A stretch of 64,000 nucleotides of DNA from Synergistaceae bacterium. Lineage in GTDB: Bacteria; Synergistota; Synergistia; Synergistales; Synergistaceae. Location of the stretch: assembly GCA_036803945.1 (NCBI GenBank), contig DAIRTK010000002.1, forward strand, positions 14,854 to 78,853. The letters are read 5' to 3'. Shown piece by piece: positions 19,914-30,261 of this stretch (position 1 is the stretch's first letter; every line of letters begins with the position of its first letter). Below the pieces are notes generated by a model. It was not told where the DNA came from, searched no databases, and was given only the letters and a program-made list of their open reading frames with translations. The position numbers and the translations under genes are program-made.

Positions 19914-20960
19914 ATGGGAAGCAGAAGAACTGTTGAGATAAAGGGACTGACGATAGGGGGGAACTCTCCTGTACGGGTCGAAAGCATGCTCAAAACCCCC
20001 CTCTCTGATGCGGAAGGGTGTGCCGCAGAGTGTGATGATCTCAGAAAGGCGGGATGCGAGCTTATAAGGGTCTCATTCCCTGACCTCTCTCTTGCTCCGA
20101 GTCTGGCAAAACTAAACGATCTGTCATCAGTTCCGCTGATGGCGGACATCCATTTCAACCACAAACTTGCAATTGCTGCGCTGGAATCAGGATGCGCATC
20201 GATCCGCATAAACCCGGGCAACATGAATGACAAAAAAGGGTTGAAGGATCTGGTGACCCTGGCCGGCAGCCTCGGGGCGGTAATAAGGATAGGAGCGAAC
20301 GGAGGTTCGATCAGCAGCAAACAGCTGGATCGTGCAGCCGGTGACAGAGCTGCCGCTCTGGCCTACGCCGTTGAAGAACAGCTCTCTCTCCTCGCAGACA
20401 ACTCTTTTGACAATGTCATCATCTCGGCCAAATCAAGTTCTGTTACCGAAACAGTCAGGGCAAACACACTCCTTGCCCGTAAATATCCATTTCCCGTACA
20501 TATAGGGATCACAGAAGCGGGCTCGGGAAATGCAGGAATAGTAAAAGGTGCCTCGGGAATATCGCTTATGCTTGCCCAGGGAATAGGAGACACAGTAAGG
20601 GTAAGCCTGACGGGTCCCTCCCCGGAGGAAGTAAGGACGGCATACAGCATACTTGGAGCACTTGAAATAAGGCAGCGCGGTTATAACATTATCAGCTGCC
20701 CTACGTGCGGCCGCAAAAGGATAGATGTGCTGAAACTGGTGGAAGAAGTTGTAAGCCTTCTGCCCGATGATGCTGCCGACGGGACCACTGTAGCTGTTAT
20801 GGGATGCGAGGTGAACGGACCGAGGGAAGCTGCATCCGCTGATCTCGGAATCGCAGGGACACCGGATGGCTTTGTAATGTTCCGTCGAGGCAGGCATGTC
20901 TGCAACGATACCCTTAATAATTTAAAAAAACGCCTGCTCGAAGAGCTTGAAAGATCCTAA
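19914..20960 (+). CDS. ispG: 4-hydroxy-3-methylbut-2-en-1-yl diphosphate synthase
   Basis: ADIHF, RINPGN, HIGITEAG, GDTVRVSLT, CPTCGR and VMGCEVNGP motifs. Confidence 0.97.
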   Translation: MGSRRTVEIKGLTIGGNSPVRVESMLKTPLSDAEGCAAECDDLRKAGCELIRVSFPDLSLAPSLAKLNDLSSVPLMADIHFNHKLAIAALESGCASIRINPGNMNDKKGLKDLVTLAGSLGAVIRIGANGGSISSKQLDRAAGDRAAALAYAVEEQLSLLADNSFDNVIISAKSSSVTETVRANTLLARKYPFPVHIGITEAGSGNAGIVKGASGISLMLAQGIGDTVRVSLTGPSPEEVRTAYSILGALEIRQRGYNIISCPTCGRKRIDVLKLVEEVVSLLPDDAADGTTVAVMGCEVNGPREAASADLGIAGTPDGFVMFRRGRHVCNDTLNNLKKRLLEELERS

Positions 20961-21029
20961 ATTACTTCTACAAATTTTCTTTTATTCCACATATTGAACT
21001 TCTCTGGGCTTTAAGTTGATTTTTAATTG

Positions 21030-21038
21030 TGATATAAT
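21030..21038 (+). promoter_or_regulatory. Extended -10 promoter element for arcA-argF
   Basis: TGaTATAAT in an AT-rich intergenic region ~140 nt upstream of arcA. Confidence 0.45.
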
Positions 21039-21175
21039 TTTCAGACAGGCTGTTAGCCAAACACAACATTTCTCTTTTTACGGCTTGATATTAACCCATA
21101 ACCCAAATAAATCTAATGATTATTAAGTAATCAATTGTTATTGTTATTTTTACAAATTTACTGGGGGGTGTAATA

Positions 21176-22414
21176 ATGTGCCAAGATAAACCTTTCTGTG
21201 TTTTTTCCGAAACCGGCCCACTCAAACAGGTAATGCTCCATCGTCCGGGAAATGAACTCAACCGGCTCACCATCAACAATATGAGCGACCTTCTTTTCGA
21301 TGATCTCATTTGGCTGGAACAGGCCCAGCGTGAACATGATGATTTCGCCGATATTCTTCGACGAGAAGGTTGCGAGGTTTTATATTTTAACGAATGCCTT
21401 GCAAAAGTACTCGAGGACAAGGAAGTAAGGGAATCATTGATCAAATCCATTTTTATGCTTGAATGCCTTGACCGGCACCTATCAGAAGGTCTCACCGAAG
21501 TTTTCATGGACCTGCCTTCCGCAGAACTTGCATCAAGCCTTATCGGCGGCTACAGCAAAGAAGAAGCCTCTTCATTATTCAAATCATCCCTGAGCCTCAT
21601 ATCCAAGGTAGAAAACGGAGGGGATTTTGTAATACACCCCATGCCAAACCTCTATTTCCAAAGAGATCCTGCCATCACTGTCGGATGCGGCATAGTGATC
21701 GGCCAGATGACGTATGAGGTGCGAAGAAGGGAGCCCCTCTACTGGAAGTACATAACTAAGTACCACCCCAGGTTCAGCGGGATGGACATTACTTTCGGCG
21801 ATGCTCCGGACGAGGTCTGGCCCCACAAGGTCGAAGGAGGGGATCTGCTTGTTCTCTCAGAACATGCAATGGCTATCGGAGTCAGCCAGAGGACTGCTCC
21901 CACAACGGTCCAGAGGATAGGCAAAAAACTCGCTCTCAACACCCCCATAAGAAAAATATTTGCATTTGAGATACCGCGTGAACGCTATTGCATGCACCTG
22001 GACACGGTCTTCACTATGGTGGACAAAGATGCTTTCACGGTATTCCCCACAGTTTTAAAGGTACTCAAAGTCTGGGAGATGGACTACGACGACAGCGGAA
22101 CACTGCTCTCTATCAAACAGGCGCGTCACTGGAAGGAAGCAATGGCGGAGGAACTGGGTTTCGACAGTATCCGTGTAATTGAGATGAAAGGCAGGGATCA
22201 GGCAGAAACAGACCGGGAACAGTGGCATGACGGATGCAACACATTGGCTGTTGCACCTGGAAAGGTCGTGACCTACAACAGAAACCTGATGTCCAACAAA
22301 CTTCTGAGGGACAACGGCATTGAAGTGCTTGAGCTTAACGGTCCTGAACTCGGAAGGGGCAGGGGAGGCCCCAGGTGCATGAGCATGCCTCTCAACAGAG
22401 ACCCAGTAAAATAG
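21176..22414 (+). CDS. arcA: Arginine deiminase
   Basis: SETGPL, LLFDD, NLYFQRD, EGGD, MHLDT and GRGRGGPRCMS (catalytic Cys) motifs. Confidence 0.97.
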   Translation: MCQDKPFCVFSETGPLKQVMLHRPGNELNRLTINNMSDLLFDDLIWLEQAQREHDDFADILRREGCEVLYFNECLAKVLEDKEVRESLIKSIFMLECLDRHLSEGLTEVFMDLPSAELASSLIGGYSKEEASSLFKSSLSLISKVENGGDFVIHPMPNLYFQRDPAITVGCGIVIGQMTYEVRRREPLYWKYITKYHPRFSGMDITFGDAPDEVWPHKVEGGDLLVLSEHAMAIGVSQRTAPTTVQRIGKKLALNTPIRKIFAFEIPRERYCMHLDTVFTMVDKDAFTVFPTVLKVLKVWEMDYDDSGTLLSIKQARHWKEAMAEELGFDSIRVIEMKGRDQAETDREQWHDGCNTLAVAPGKVVTYNRNLMSNKLLRDNGIEVLELNGPELGRGRGGPRCMSMPLNRDPVK

Positions 22415-22485
22415 CTGATTTTTTTAAAGGCAATCAGAGTTATATTTTCCGCTAATATTTAACTAAAATTCAAGGAGGAGTACCT

Positions 22486-23439
22486 ATGGCAATCAATCTT
22501 CGCAACAGACACCTGCTTTCCCTTAAACACCACACACCGCAGGAGATAGAATATCTTCTGGATCTCTCTGCTGATCTAAAAAACAAAAAACGCGCGGGCA
22601 TCAAAGGCACGCTTCTTGAAGGGAAGAGCGTGGCACTCATTTTTGAAAAACCATCGACACGTACCCGCTGCGCATTCACTGTTGCCGCCATAGACGAGGG
22701 AGGACATCCCGAATATCTCGGCAAAAACGATATACAGCTTGGCCACAAAGAAGACGTTGCCGACACCGCCAGAGTACTGGGCCGCATGTTTGACGGCATT
22801 GAGTTCCGCGGATTCAGCCAGAAAGTCGTGGAAGACCTGGCTAAATTCTCGGGGGTACCGGTCTGGAACGGACTTACCGATGATTACCATCCGACACAGG
22901 TCCTGGCAGACTTCCTTACAGTCCGCGAGAACTTCGGCCGCCTCAAGGGTATAAGGTTCGTCTACGTGGGCGACGGACGCAACAATGTTGCCAACTCCCT
23001 TATGATCGGGGCAGCAAAGATGGGAATGCATTTTGTGATCGGTGCACCCAAGTCTCTCTTCCCGGATCCCGCCCTTGTTGAAGAGTGCAAAAAGATGGCA
23101 GCGGACTGCGAATCCGGAGCAACGATCGAGATCACCGACGATCCCAGGGCTGCTGTAAAGGGTGCTGACGTGATCTACACCGACGTATGGGCATCAATGG
23201 GCGAAGAAGATAAGCTTGCAGAAAGAAAGGCTATACTGCAGCCCTATCAGGTAAATATGGACCTGATCAAGTCAACGGGCAATGATGACGTTATTTTCCT
23301 CCACTGCCTCCCTGCGGTAAAGGGTTACGAGGTAACGGAAGAAGTTTTCGAATCACGTTATGGCAGACAGTTTGATGAAGCCGAGAATCGTATGCACACG
23401 ATCAAGGCTGTCATGGTCGCAAGCATAGGAAATCTGTAA
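22486..23439 (+). CDS. argF: Ornithine carbamoyltransferase (probably catabolic, ArcB role)
   Basis: STRTR, HPTQ, DVWASMG, HCLP and AENR motifs; directly downstream of arcA. Confidence 0.96.
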   Translation: MAINLRNRHLLSLKHHTPQEIEYLLDLSADLKNKKRAGIKGTLLEGKSVALIFEKPSTRTRCAFTVAAIDEGGHPEYLGKNDIQLGHKEDVADTARVLGRMFDGIEFRGFSQKVVEDLAKFSGVPVWNGLTDDYHPTQVLADFLTVRENFGRLKGIRFVYVGDGRNNVANSLMIGAAKMGMHFVIGAPKSLFPDPALVEECKKMAADCESGATIEITDDPRAAVKGADVIYTDVWASMGEEDKLAERKAILQPYQVNMDLIKSTGNDDVIFLHCLPAVKGYEVTEEVFESRYGRQFDEAENRMHTIKAVMVASIGNL

Positions 23440-23462
23440 GGCCATTCTTAACGTACTGCAGC

Positions 23463-23497
23463 GGCGGAGACCCGGCACTTCGGGTCTCCGCCTTATT
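23463..23497 (+). terminator. Rho-independent terminator of arcA-argF
   Basis: GGCGGAGACCCG-GCACTT-CGGGTCTCCGCC perfect 12-bp stem followed by TTATTT. Confidence 0.85.
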
Positions 23498-23594
23498 TCT
23501 GTCCAATTTGCTTTTAGACCTTGATGCATACTTTGTGTTAGAATATAACGCGTCATAAAGTGCACCATTAAATTTCAAAGCGAGGCGTTGCAGC

Positions 23595-24347
23595 TTGTCT
23601 ATTTACAGGGATCCCCAAAAGATAGCCGAATATCTTACTTCTTGGATCAAAGATCATTTTCGAGACGCAGGGGCAGACTGCGCCATACTCGGAATAAGCG
23701 GAGGGATAGACTCTGCGGTGCTTGCAGGCCTGCTTGCAAAAGCACTGGGAAAAGAAAACGTTACCGGTGTCATCATGCCCTGTCACAGTCAGCCGGTGGA
23801 TGAAGAATATGCCATTCAGCTCGCCGAGGCCTTTGGCATAAATAAATATAAGGTTGACCTTACGGAAACTTACGACAAAATGGTCTCCTCCATCAGTGAG
23901 GAGGGACTTGAACTCGGAACACTGGCCTCCGCCAACATAAAACCCCGGCTCAGGATGGCTGTCCTTTATGCGGCGGCACAGCAAAAAGGCTGCCTTGTGT
24001 GCGGCGGCGGGAACAAAGATGAGATCATGTACGGTTATTTCACCAAATACGGTGACTCAGGCGTGGATCTCCTGCCTATGTCCGATCTGCTCAAAGGGGA
24101 AGTGCGTGCACTTGCTCTTCACCTGGGAGTCCCTCCGGACATAATAAACAGGGCGCCGACTGCGGGATTGTGGGCCGGACAGACGGATGAGTCCGAGATG
24201 GGACTGACCTATGAAGAGCTCGACAATTACCTTGCAGGGGGCAAAACAGAAGAGAGCATAAAACAAAAGATAGAGAAGGCCGTTCTCAGATCCGAGCACA
24301 AAAGAAAATTTGCGCCTATGGCAAATATTCCGGAGGATATAAAGTAA
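23595..24347 (+). CDS. nadE: NH3-dependent NAD+ synthetase
   Basis: GISGGIDSA, NIKPRLRM, GYFTKYGD and PTAGLWAGQTDE motifs. Confidence 0.96.
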   Translation: MSIYRDPQKIAEYLTSWIKDHFRDAGADCAILGISGGIDSAVLAGLLAKALGKENVTGVIMPCHSQPVDEEYAIQLAEAFGINKYKVDLTETYDKMVSSISEEGLELGTLASANIKPRLRMAVLYAAAQQKGCLVCGGGNKDEIMYGYFTKYGDSGVDLLPMSDLLKGEVRALALHLGVPPDIINRAPTAGLWAGQTDESEMGLTYEELDNYLAGGKTEESIKQKIEKAVLRSEHKRKFAPMANIPEDIK

Positions 24348-24401
24348 CCAGCTCCTTCACGGCCGGGGGAGCCTAAAAAAAATAATTATGAGGTGAGTTT
24401 T

Positions 24402-25154
24402 TTGTCAGGACATTCAAAATGGGCAAACATAAAGCATCGTAAGGCAGCACAGGATTCAAAGAAAGGGGTCGCTTTCCAGAAACTCGTAAAGAATGTCATT
24501 GCCGCAGCCAAGGCCGGCGGCGGGGACCCCAATTCAAACTTCAGGCTTAAAGTTGCGATAGACAGGGCAAGGGCAGGGAACGTGCCTGTCGACAACATCG
24601 AAAGAGGGATCAAAAGGGGCACCGGTGAACTCGATGGCGCTGTATTTGAAGAGATCCTTTACGAGGGATACGGACCCAACGGAGTTGCTGTCATGGTCCA
24701 GGCTCTGACAGACAACCGCAACAGGACGGCGCCTGAGATGCGTTCACTCTTTACCAAGGCCGGCGGTTCAATAGGTGAACTTGGATGTGTAGCATGGAAT
24801 TTTGACCGCAAAGGAATAATTGAGGTTACGGGAGAGGGCATTGATGAGGAAGAGATAATGATGGCAGCGATAGAAGGCGGCGCTGACGATGTAACTTCCG
24901 AAGATGGGGGATACGAGGTCACCTGTGAGCCTTCCGTCCTTTCAGATGTAGCTGAGGCTCTCAAAAACTCCGGATATAATGTTGAGTCGATAGAAGTTGA
25001 AATGGTACCGAAGAACACTGTCTCTGTAACTAACAAGGCAGATGCAGCAAAGCTGCTTTCCATGGTCGAGCGATTCGAGGAACACGATGATGTTCAGGCC
25101 GTCTATGCCAACTTCGACATACCGGACGAGATCCTTGCTGAGATCGACGGCTGA
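24402..25154 (+). CDS. yebC: YebC/PmpR family protein
   Basis: SGHSKWANIKHRK, YEGYGP and TDNRNRT motifs; TTG start after GAGGTGA; precedes ruvCAB. Confidence 0.96.
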   Translation: MSGHSKWANIKHRKAAQDSKKGVAFQKLVKNVIAAAKAGGGDPNSNFRLKVAIDRARAGNVPVDNIERGIKRGTGELDGAVFEEILYEGYGPNGVAVMVQALTDNRNRTAPEMRSLFTKAGGSIGELGCVAWNFDRKGIIEVTGEGIDEEEIMMAAIEGGADDVTSEDGGYEVTCEPSVLSDVAEALKNSGYNVESIEVEMVPKNTVSVTNKADAAKLLSMVERFEEHDDVQAVYANFDIPDEILAEIDG

Positions 25155-25671
25155 AGAGAAAACAAATAACGGCATAAGGGCCCTGGGCATTGATCCGGGG
25201 CTCGGCACCCTTGGTTACGGTATAGTTTCTCAGCACGGAGACAGGCTCTTTTGCGAGTCTTTCGGAGTCATAAGGACTCCGTCTTCGCTCTCACTTACAA
25301 AAAGGCTTGCTTTGCTTTATGATGAACTGAAGGAAAAGGCGGGAGAGTTCCCCCCTGACATAATCGCCGTTGAAAAACTTTTTTTCGGCAGGAATATTAC
25401 AACGGCAGAGATGGTGTGGCAGGCAAGGGGAGTGATACTTCTCTTTGCCGCACAGATGGGCCTTGAGCCATACGAAATTAAGCCTTCAGAAGTCAAGCTG
25501 GCCGTTTGCGGTTACGGAGCCGCAGAAAAGGGGCAGGTCCAGGGCATGGTAGCCAACCTGCTTGGACTCGGGAAAAGACCCAGTCCCGATGATGCGGCAG
25601 ATGCCCTTGCCGTAGCTATAGCAGGCCTTTCGATGTCATCTTTCGACAGAAATATCCTGAAGGGGAACTGA
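25135..25671 (+). CDS. ruvC: Holliday junction resolvase RuvC
   Basis: LGIDPG, AVEKLFF, QARGV and PDDAADALA motifs. Start uncertain (TTG 25135 chosen). Confidence 0.95.
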   Translation: MLRSTAEEKTNNGIRALGIDPGLGTLGYGIVSQHGDRLFCESFGVIRTPSSLSLTKRLALLYDELKEKAGEFPPDIIAVEKLFFGRNITTAEMVWQARGVILLFAAQMGLEPYEIKPSEVKLAVCGYGAAEKGQVQGMVANLLGLGKRPSPDDAADALAVAIAGLSMSSFDRNILKGN

Positions 25672-25673
25672 AT

Positions 25674-26279
25674 ATGATAAATTCGCTCCGCGGCAAAGTC
25701 CTCTCAATATCCGATGAAAGCGTTACCCTTGAGGTAGGGGGGTTCGGACTTGATGTTTTCTCATCGCGTTCCCTCATGTCACAGGCAACTCCCTCAGAGG
25801 AACTTTTCTGCTATGCATACATGCAGGTCAGCGATGCCGGCATCAGCCTTTTCGGTTTTTCGGACGAGAGGGAGCGCCTTCTCTTCCTTGAACTCCTGCA
25901 GGTCAAGACAGTGGGAGGCAAATTGGCGGTGACACTTTTACGCCATCTCGACGCAGACCAGATCCTGCAGGCTATCGCTTCAGGCAGCAGTTCGATGCTT
26001 ACAGTGCCGGGACTTGGAGCCAAGAGGGCGGAACGCATATGCTTCGAACTGAAAAATAAAATTTCGAAGAAATTCAGTGACATCAAAAGTTTTGGCGAAC
26101 AGGACAAAAAAGATCATGCATCAGACAGCTTCGTTCTGGAAGCTCTTACCGGACTTGGTTTCTCACAGGGAGAGGCAGTCCGGGCTTTATCAAGGGCCAG
26201 GGGCGAAGCCGGAACCGAAATTTCGTGGACGGAAGAAGCTCTCCTTAAAGCCTCTCTGAGTCTGCTCAGAAGGAACTGA
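25674..26279 (+). CDS. ruvA: Holliday junction DNA-binding protein RuvA
   Basis: MINSLRG, LFGF, VPGLGAKRAERI and ALTGLGF motifs; between ruvC and ruvB. Confidence 0.95.
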   Translation: MINSLRGKVLSISDESVTLEVGGFGLDVFSSRSLMSQATPSEELFCYAYMQVSDAGISLFGFSDERERLLFLELLQVKTVGGKLAVTLLRHLDADQILQAIASGSSSMLTVPGLGAKRAERICFELKNKISKKFSDIKSFGEQDKKDHASDSFVLEALTGLGFSQGEAVRALSRARGEAGTEISWTEEALLKASLSLLRRN

Positions 26280-26301
26280 TATAGGATAATGAGGGCAGAT
26301 T

Positions 26302-27366
26302 ATGATCGATAACAATGACAAGCTCATAGAAAAAATTAAAAACGACAAAGAGGATGAGGTATTTACGCTGCGTCCTCAGGCTCTTGATGACTTTATCGGA
26401 CAGAGCGGGCTGAAGGATAAGCTTACGATCTTCATGACAGCATCCCTGCAAAGAAGCGAGCCTCTCGACCACACACTTTTTTACGGTCCCCCCGGTCTGG
26501 GCAAGACGACCCTTGCGGGCATAATAGCAAGGGAAATGAAAGGCAACCTGCGGGTAACGACGGGACCTGCTCTTGAAAGGGCAGGCGATCTTGCAGCGAT
26601 ACTTTCAAACATCCAGCCAAACGACGTTCTTTTCATTGATGAGATTCACAGGATGTCCGCTCACATAGAAGAGATACTCTATCCCGCAATGGAAGATTTT
26701 TCCCTTTCTATAATAGTGGGAAAGGGACCGCTTGCAAGAAGCATTCGGCTCTCTCTCCCCAAATTTACGCTTATTGGAGCTACGACAAGGCTGGGACTTC
26801 TGACATCCCCATTAAGGGCAAGGTTCGGGATCGTTGAGCAGCTGCACCTTTATTCACCGGAGGAGCTTACTTCCATAGTAAGACGCGGAGCAGAGGTACT
26901 CGGTGTAAAAGTATCTGAGGAGGCCGCCGTTGAGATAGGGCTTCGTTCAAGAGGGACGCCCCGTGTTGCCCTCAGGCTTCTTAAAAGAGTCAGGGATGTC
27001 GCTGAAGTAAAGAAAGTATCCATAGTGGAAAGGGAGCTTTCCAAATTCGCCCTGGATATGCTTGGCGTTGATTCAGAAGGGCTCGACGACGGCGACAGGA
27101 AATTCCTTCTTGCTCTGGTCGAGCTTTTTGACGGAGGCCCGGTAGGTCTTTCAACACTTGCGGCTGCGCTAAACGAGGATACTCAGACGATAGAAGATAT
27201 TTACGAGCCTTACCTGATACAGAAGGGACTGCTTGAGAGGACCCCGAGAGGCAGAAAAGCTACCAGGAATACCTGGGACTACCTGGGAATACCCGTTTCA
27301 CCGCATTTTGTTCAGTATCAGCAGATGCAGCTGTTGTCAGAGGAAGATATGGAATGCACCAAATAG
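26302..27366 (+). CDS. ruvB: Holliday junction branch migration helicase RuvB
   Basis: [32 protein letters not shown] and EPYL motifs. Confidence 0.98.
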   Translation: MIDNNDKLIEKIKNDKEDEVFTLRPQALDDFIGQSGLKDKLTIFMTASLQRSEPLDHTLFYGPPGLGKTTLAGIIAREMKGNLRVTTGPALERAGDLAAILSNIQPNDVLFIDEIHRMSAHIEEILYPAMEDFSLSIIVGKGPLARSIRLSLPKFTLIGATTRLGLLTSPLRARFGIVEQLHLYSPEELTSIVRRGAEVLGVKVSEEAAVEIGLRSRGTPRVALRLLKRVRDVAEVKKVSIVERELSKFALDMLGVDSEGLDDGDRKFLLALVELFDGGPVGLSTLAAALNEDTQTIEDIYEPYLIQKGLLERTPRGRKATRNTWDYLGIPVSPHFVQYQQMQLLSEEDMECTK

Positions 27367-27578
27367 GAAAAATGATGATCGCTGCAGGGCTTCTTATTAC
27401 TTTTGCAGGATTTGTACTGCTCGTTGCAGGTCGTTATGACCTGCCCTTCGGCAACCTTCCCGGTGATATGACTTACCAGAAAAAAAATCTCACCATATTT
27501 GCGCCTTTCGGCACAATGCTTTTGATAAGCGTGGTCATAACAATAATTTTAAATATATTTTCAAGGTGGAAACATTGA
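27354..27578 (+). CDS. DUF2905-like small membrane protein
   Basis: Two TM segments flanking GNLPGD; usual position between ruvB and spoIID/queA. Confidence 0.8.
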   Translation: MHQIGKMMIAAGLLITFAGFVLLVAGRYDLPFGNLPGDMTYQKKNLTIFAPFGTMLLISVVITIILNIFSRWKH

Positions 27579-29044
27579 AAAAACTGCCCTTATTTATATT
27601 CTTTATTTTTATTCTCTTGCCTTTTTACCCTGACCGGGCATTCCCTGCCTCAAAAGACATATCCGTTCTTCTTGATGGGGAGACTGTTTCAGCTAATATA
27701 TCAGGAAGGGGAATGAGATTCACAGACTCCGCAGGGAAAGCAATTTCCCTTTCCGGTGATCACAGGATGCATAAGAGAGGCCCGGGCTTAATTTCATCAG
27801 GAAAAATCGTCTTCCGCATGCCTTTGAAGGTGAGCTCGGATAACCCTCTCAAATATAACGGCAAGGCATATCACGGAGAGCTGATCTTCAAAAATACCCC
27901 TTCCGGGTTCAGGGTATCAAACATCCTGCCACTTGAACAATATCTCCGGGGTGTGATAAAGGCTGAAATGGACCCAAGGTGGCCGATCGAGGCCGTGAAG
28001 GCTCAGTGCATCCTGGCCCGTACATTTGCAGTAAGGGCGGGAGGGAAACATGGAGAAGACGACCTGTGCGCCTCCTACCATTGTCAGGTATACAAAGGAA
28101 TTGCAGCTGAAGACAGGCTTGCAGACAGAGCTATCGAAGAGACTTCAGGGCTTATCCTCAGATGGGGGGGGAGTCCTGCCTCTGTCTATTACCACTCTGA
28201 CAGCGGAGGTATGGTAACTTCGACATCAAATGTCTGGGGAGGGGATACCCCTTACCTTAAACCAAAGGCTGAACCATTTTCCTACACGGGCCCCAACTCA
28301 GTATGGGAAACGACTGTATCTGGGGCATCCATCCAGTCAAAGCTTTCATCTATCGGGATCAATGTCGGGAGTCTAATTTCCATTGTCCCTGTAAAAAGAG
28401 ACGAGACGGGAAGGGTGCTCAGCATGGAAATAAAGGGATCCTCCGGCACCAAGGTCATTTCCGGCTATGCTTTCAGAAACATCGTCGGGGCAGAAAGGGT
28501 CAAAAGCACACTATTTGAGTTTGGGGCCAGGTCACCATACATTAACGAGGAACGTGGGGCGCTTCCCCAGATCAGGCCTTCTGCCGGCAAAGATGTTCCC
28601 GACCAGGGGACTTCGGCTGCCGAAGTGGTCGATCTTACCGATATGCCCGAAGACAAGGAAGAAAGGGTAGTATGGTTAACAAAAAAAAGAGTCTTCACGA
28701 CGCTTGAACTTATGGAGATCCTTTCAAGACCTGAGGAAATTGACAAATACCTCGAAATGGGGGCAGCTCGGGCTCAGGGGCGTCTTCCCATGCCTGATCA
28801 GGCTCCCGGCACTGAGGAAGGCCTGAATGAAAATTCTGAAGATATCCTAAGCCTGCCTGTGATCACTTACACCCCAAGGCTTTCAATGTCTCCGGCTTCA
28901 GGTCCGTCCATAAGGATACTGGGAAGGGGGTCCGGCCACGGAGTCGGAATGTCTCAGTGGGGAGCAAGGGCTATGGCGGAAAAGGGCTGGACTTTCAGGC
29001 AGATACTTGAATATTATTTCCCCGGCACAACTATAGGACAGTGA
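27566..29044 (+). CDS. SpoIID/LytB domain peptidoglycan lytic transglycosylase
   Basis: Signal peptide; LEQYLRGVIKAEM, EAVKAQ, HCQVY, YHSDSGG and GHGVGMSQWGA motifs. Confidence 0.92.
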   Translation: METLKKLPLFIFFIFILLPFYPDRAFPASKDISVLLDGETVSANISGRGMRFTDSAGKAISLSGDHRMHKRGPGLISSGKIVFRMPLKVSSDNPLKYNGKAYHGELIFKNTPSGFRVSNILPLEQYLRGVIKAEMDPRWPIEAVKAQCILARTFAVRAGGKHGEDDLCASYHCQVYKGIAAEDRLADRAIEETSGLILRWGGSPASVYYHSDSGGMVTSTSNVWGGDTPYLKPKAEPFSYTGPNSVWETTVSGASIQSKLSSIGINVGSLISIVPVKRDETGRVLSMEIKGSSGTKVISGYAFRNIVGAERVKSTLFEFGARSPYINEERGALPQIRPSAGKDVPDQGTSAAEVVDLTDMPEDKEERVVWLTKKRVFTTLELMEILSRPEEIDKYLEMGAARAQGRLPMPDQAPGTEEGLNENSEDILSLPVITYTPRLSMSPASGPSIRILGRGSGHGVGMSQWGARAMAEKGWTFRQILEYYFPGTTIGQ

Positions 29045-30111
29045 GGAATGAAATTTTGCATACTGAAAAGCCTGATTATTCAAAGACATCAACATATGAC
29101 TACGACCTTCCAAAAGAACTTATAGCACAAGATCCCGTTGAGCCAAGGGACTCATCAAGACTGCTTGTCCTTAACAGGGTTTCCGGAAAAAGAGAACACC
29201 GGATATTCAGGGATATAAAGGACTATCTGAGGGAAGGAGATCTCCTTGTATTGAATGACACAAGAGTTCTTCCCGCTCGTGTCACCGGGGTAAAAAAGAG
29301 CGGAAATGCGGCAGTGGAAATATTCTTCCTCTCTCCTGCGGCAGGACCCAACATTTGGACTGCTCTTGTAAGACCCGGCAGAAAGCTGAAAGAGGGTGCA
29401 AGGGTCATTCTGGGGGACGATGCGGAGATCATTGTCGGAGAAAGGCTTGATGACGGGGTAAGGAATATATATTTCGCTGATTCCGCCGATCCTTCTGAGA
29501 TAATACATAAATACGGGACCACGCCCCTGCCTCACTATATAACAGAGACTCATGCGGGACCGGAACGCTACCAGACTGTCTATTCCAGGCCTGAAAAAGA
29601 AAATTCCGTAGCTTCCCCTACAGCGGGGCTTCATTTTACAGAAGAACTGCTTAAGGAAATTAGGGAAAAGGGAGCAGACGAAGCCTTTGTTACTCTCCAG
29701 GTTGGTCTGGGAACTTTCCGTCCGGTCAAGACCGAGGACTTGTCTGAACACATAATGCACAGTGAGCTTTGTGAGATATCCGATCTTACTGCCCGAAAAA
29801 TTGCTGAAACAAAGAAAAGGGGAGGGCGTGTTGTTGCGGTAGGAACAACAGTCGTAAGGACCCTTGAATCATTTGCCGCCCAATATGGGGAAGTAAGGGC
29901 GGGAATGATTGACACCAGGCTTTTCATCACACCCGGCTTCAGCTTCAGGGTCATTGATGCCCTCATAACCAACTATCACCTGCCTAAAAGCACTCTGCTG
30001 ATGCTTGTTTCAGCATTTGCAGGCTATGAGAAGACCATGGAGGCCTATAGGGAGGCAGTGGAGATGCGCTACAGGTTCTTCTCCTTCGGAGATTCAATGT
30101 TCATCTGCTGA
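29041..30111 (+). CDS. queA: S-adenosylmethionine:tRNA ribosyltransferase-isomerase
   Basis: YDLPKELIAQ, NDTRVLPAR, PTAGLHF, VGTT and YRFFSFGD motifs. Confidence 0.98.
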   Translation: MRNEILHTEKPDYSKTSTYDYDLPKELIAQDPVEPRDSSRLLVLNRVSGKREHRIFRDIKDYLREGDLLVLNDTRVLPARVTGVKKSGNAAVEIFFLSPAAGPNIWTALVRPGRKLKEGARVILGDDAEIIVGERLDDGVRNIYFADSADPSEIIHKYGTTPLPHYITETHAGPERYQTVYSRPEKENSVASPTAGLHFTEELLKEIREKGADEAFVTLQVGLGTFRPVKTEDLSEHIMHSELCEISDLTARKIAETKKRGGRVVAVGTTVVRTLESFAAQYGEVRAGMIDTRLFITPGFSFRVIDALITNYHLPKSTLLMLVSAFAGYEKTMEAYREAVEMRYRFFSFGDSMFIC

Positions 30112-30200
30112 AGATATATGAGAAGCTGCCGGAAAATTATTACGGAGGAAGCCAATTGCAAATTTCCTTAAAATCAATGGGGCATCTACATTAAGTTTAT

Positions 30201-30244
30201 AAAACAATGAGTCAGGCCTTAGAGAGGCCTGACTCATTGTTTTA
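30201..30244. terminator. Bidirectional terminator between convergent queA and hutI
   Basis: AAAACAATGAGTCAGGCCT-TAGAG-AGGCCTGACTCATTGTTTT long perfect inverted repeat. Confidence 0.85.
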
Positions 30245-30261
30245 TAGCCTGACAATTTTTA

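Noticed and set aside
25042..25134. N-terminal extension of RuvC
   Set aside because: It overlaps yebC in another frame and is an artefact of longest-ORF calling.
27566..29044. SpoIID as evidence of sporulation
   Set aside because: SpoIID/LytB proteins beside ruvB-queA are common in non-sporulating bacteria.
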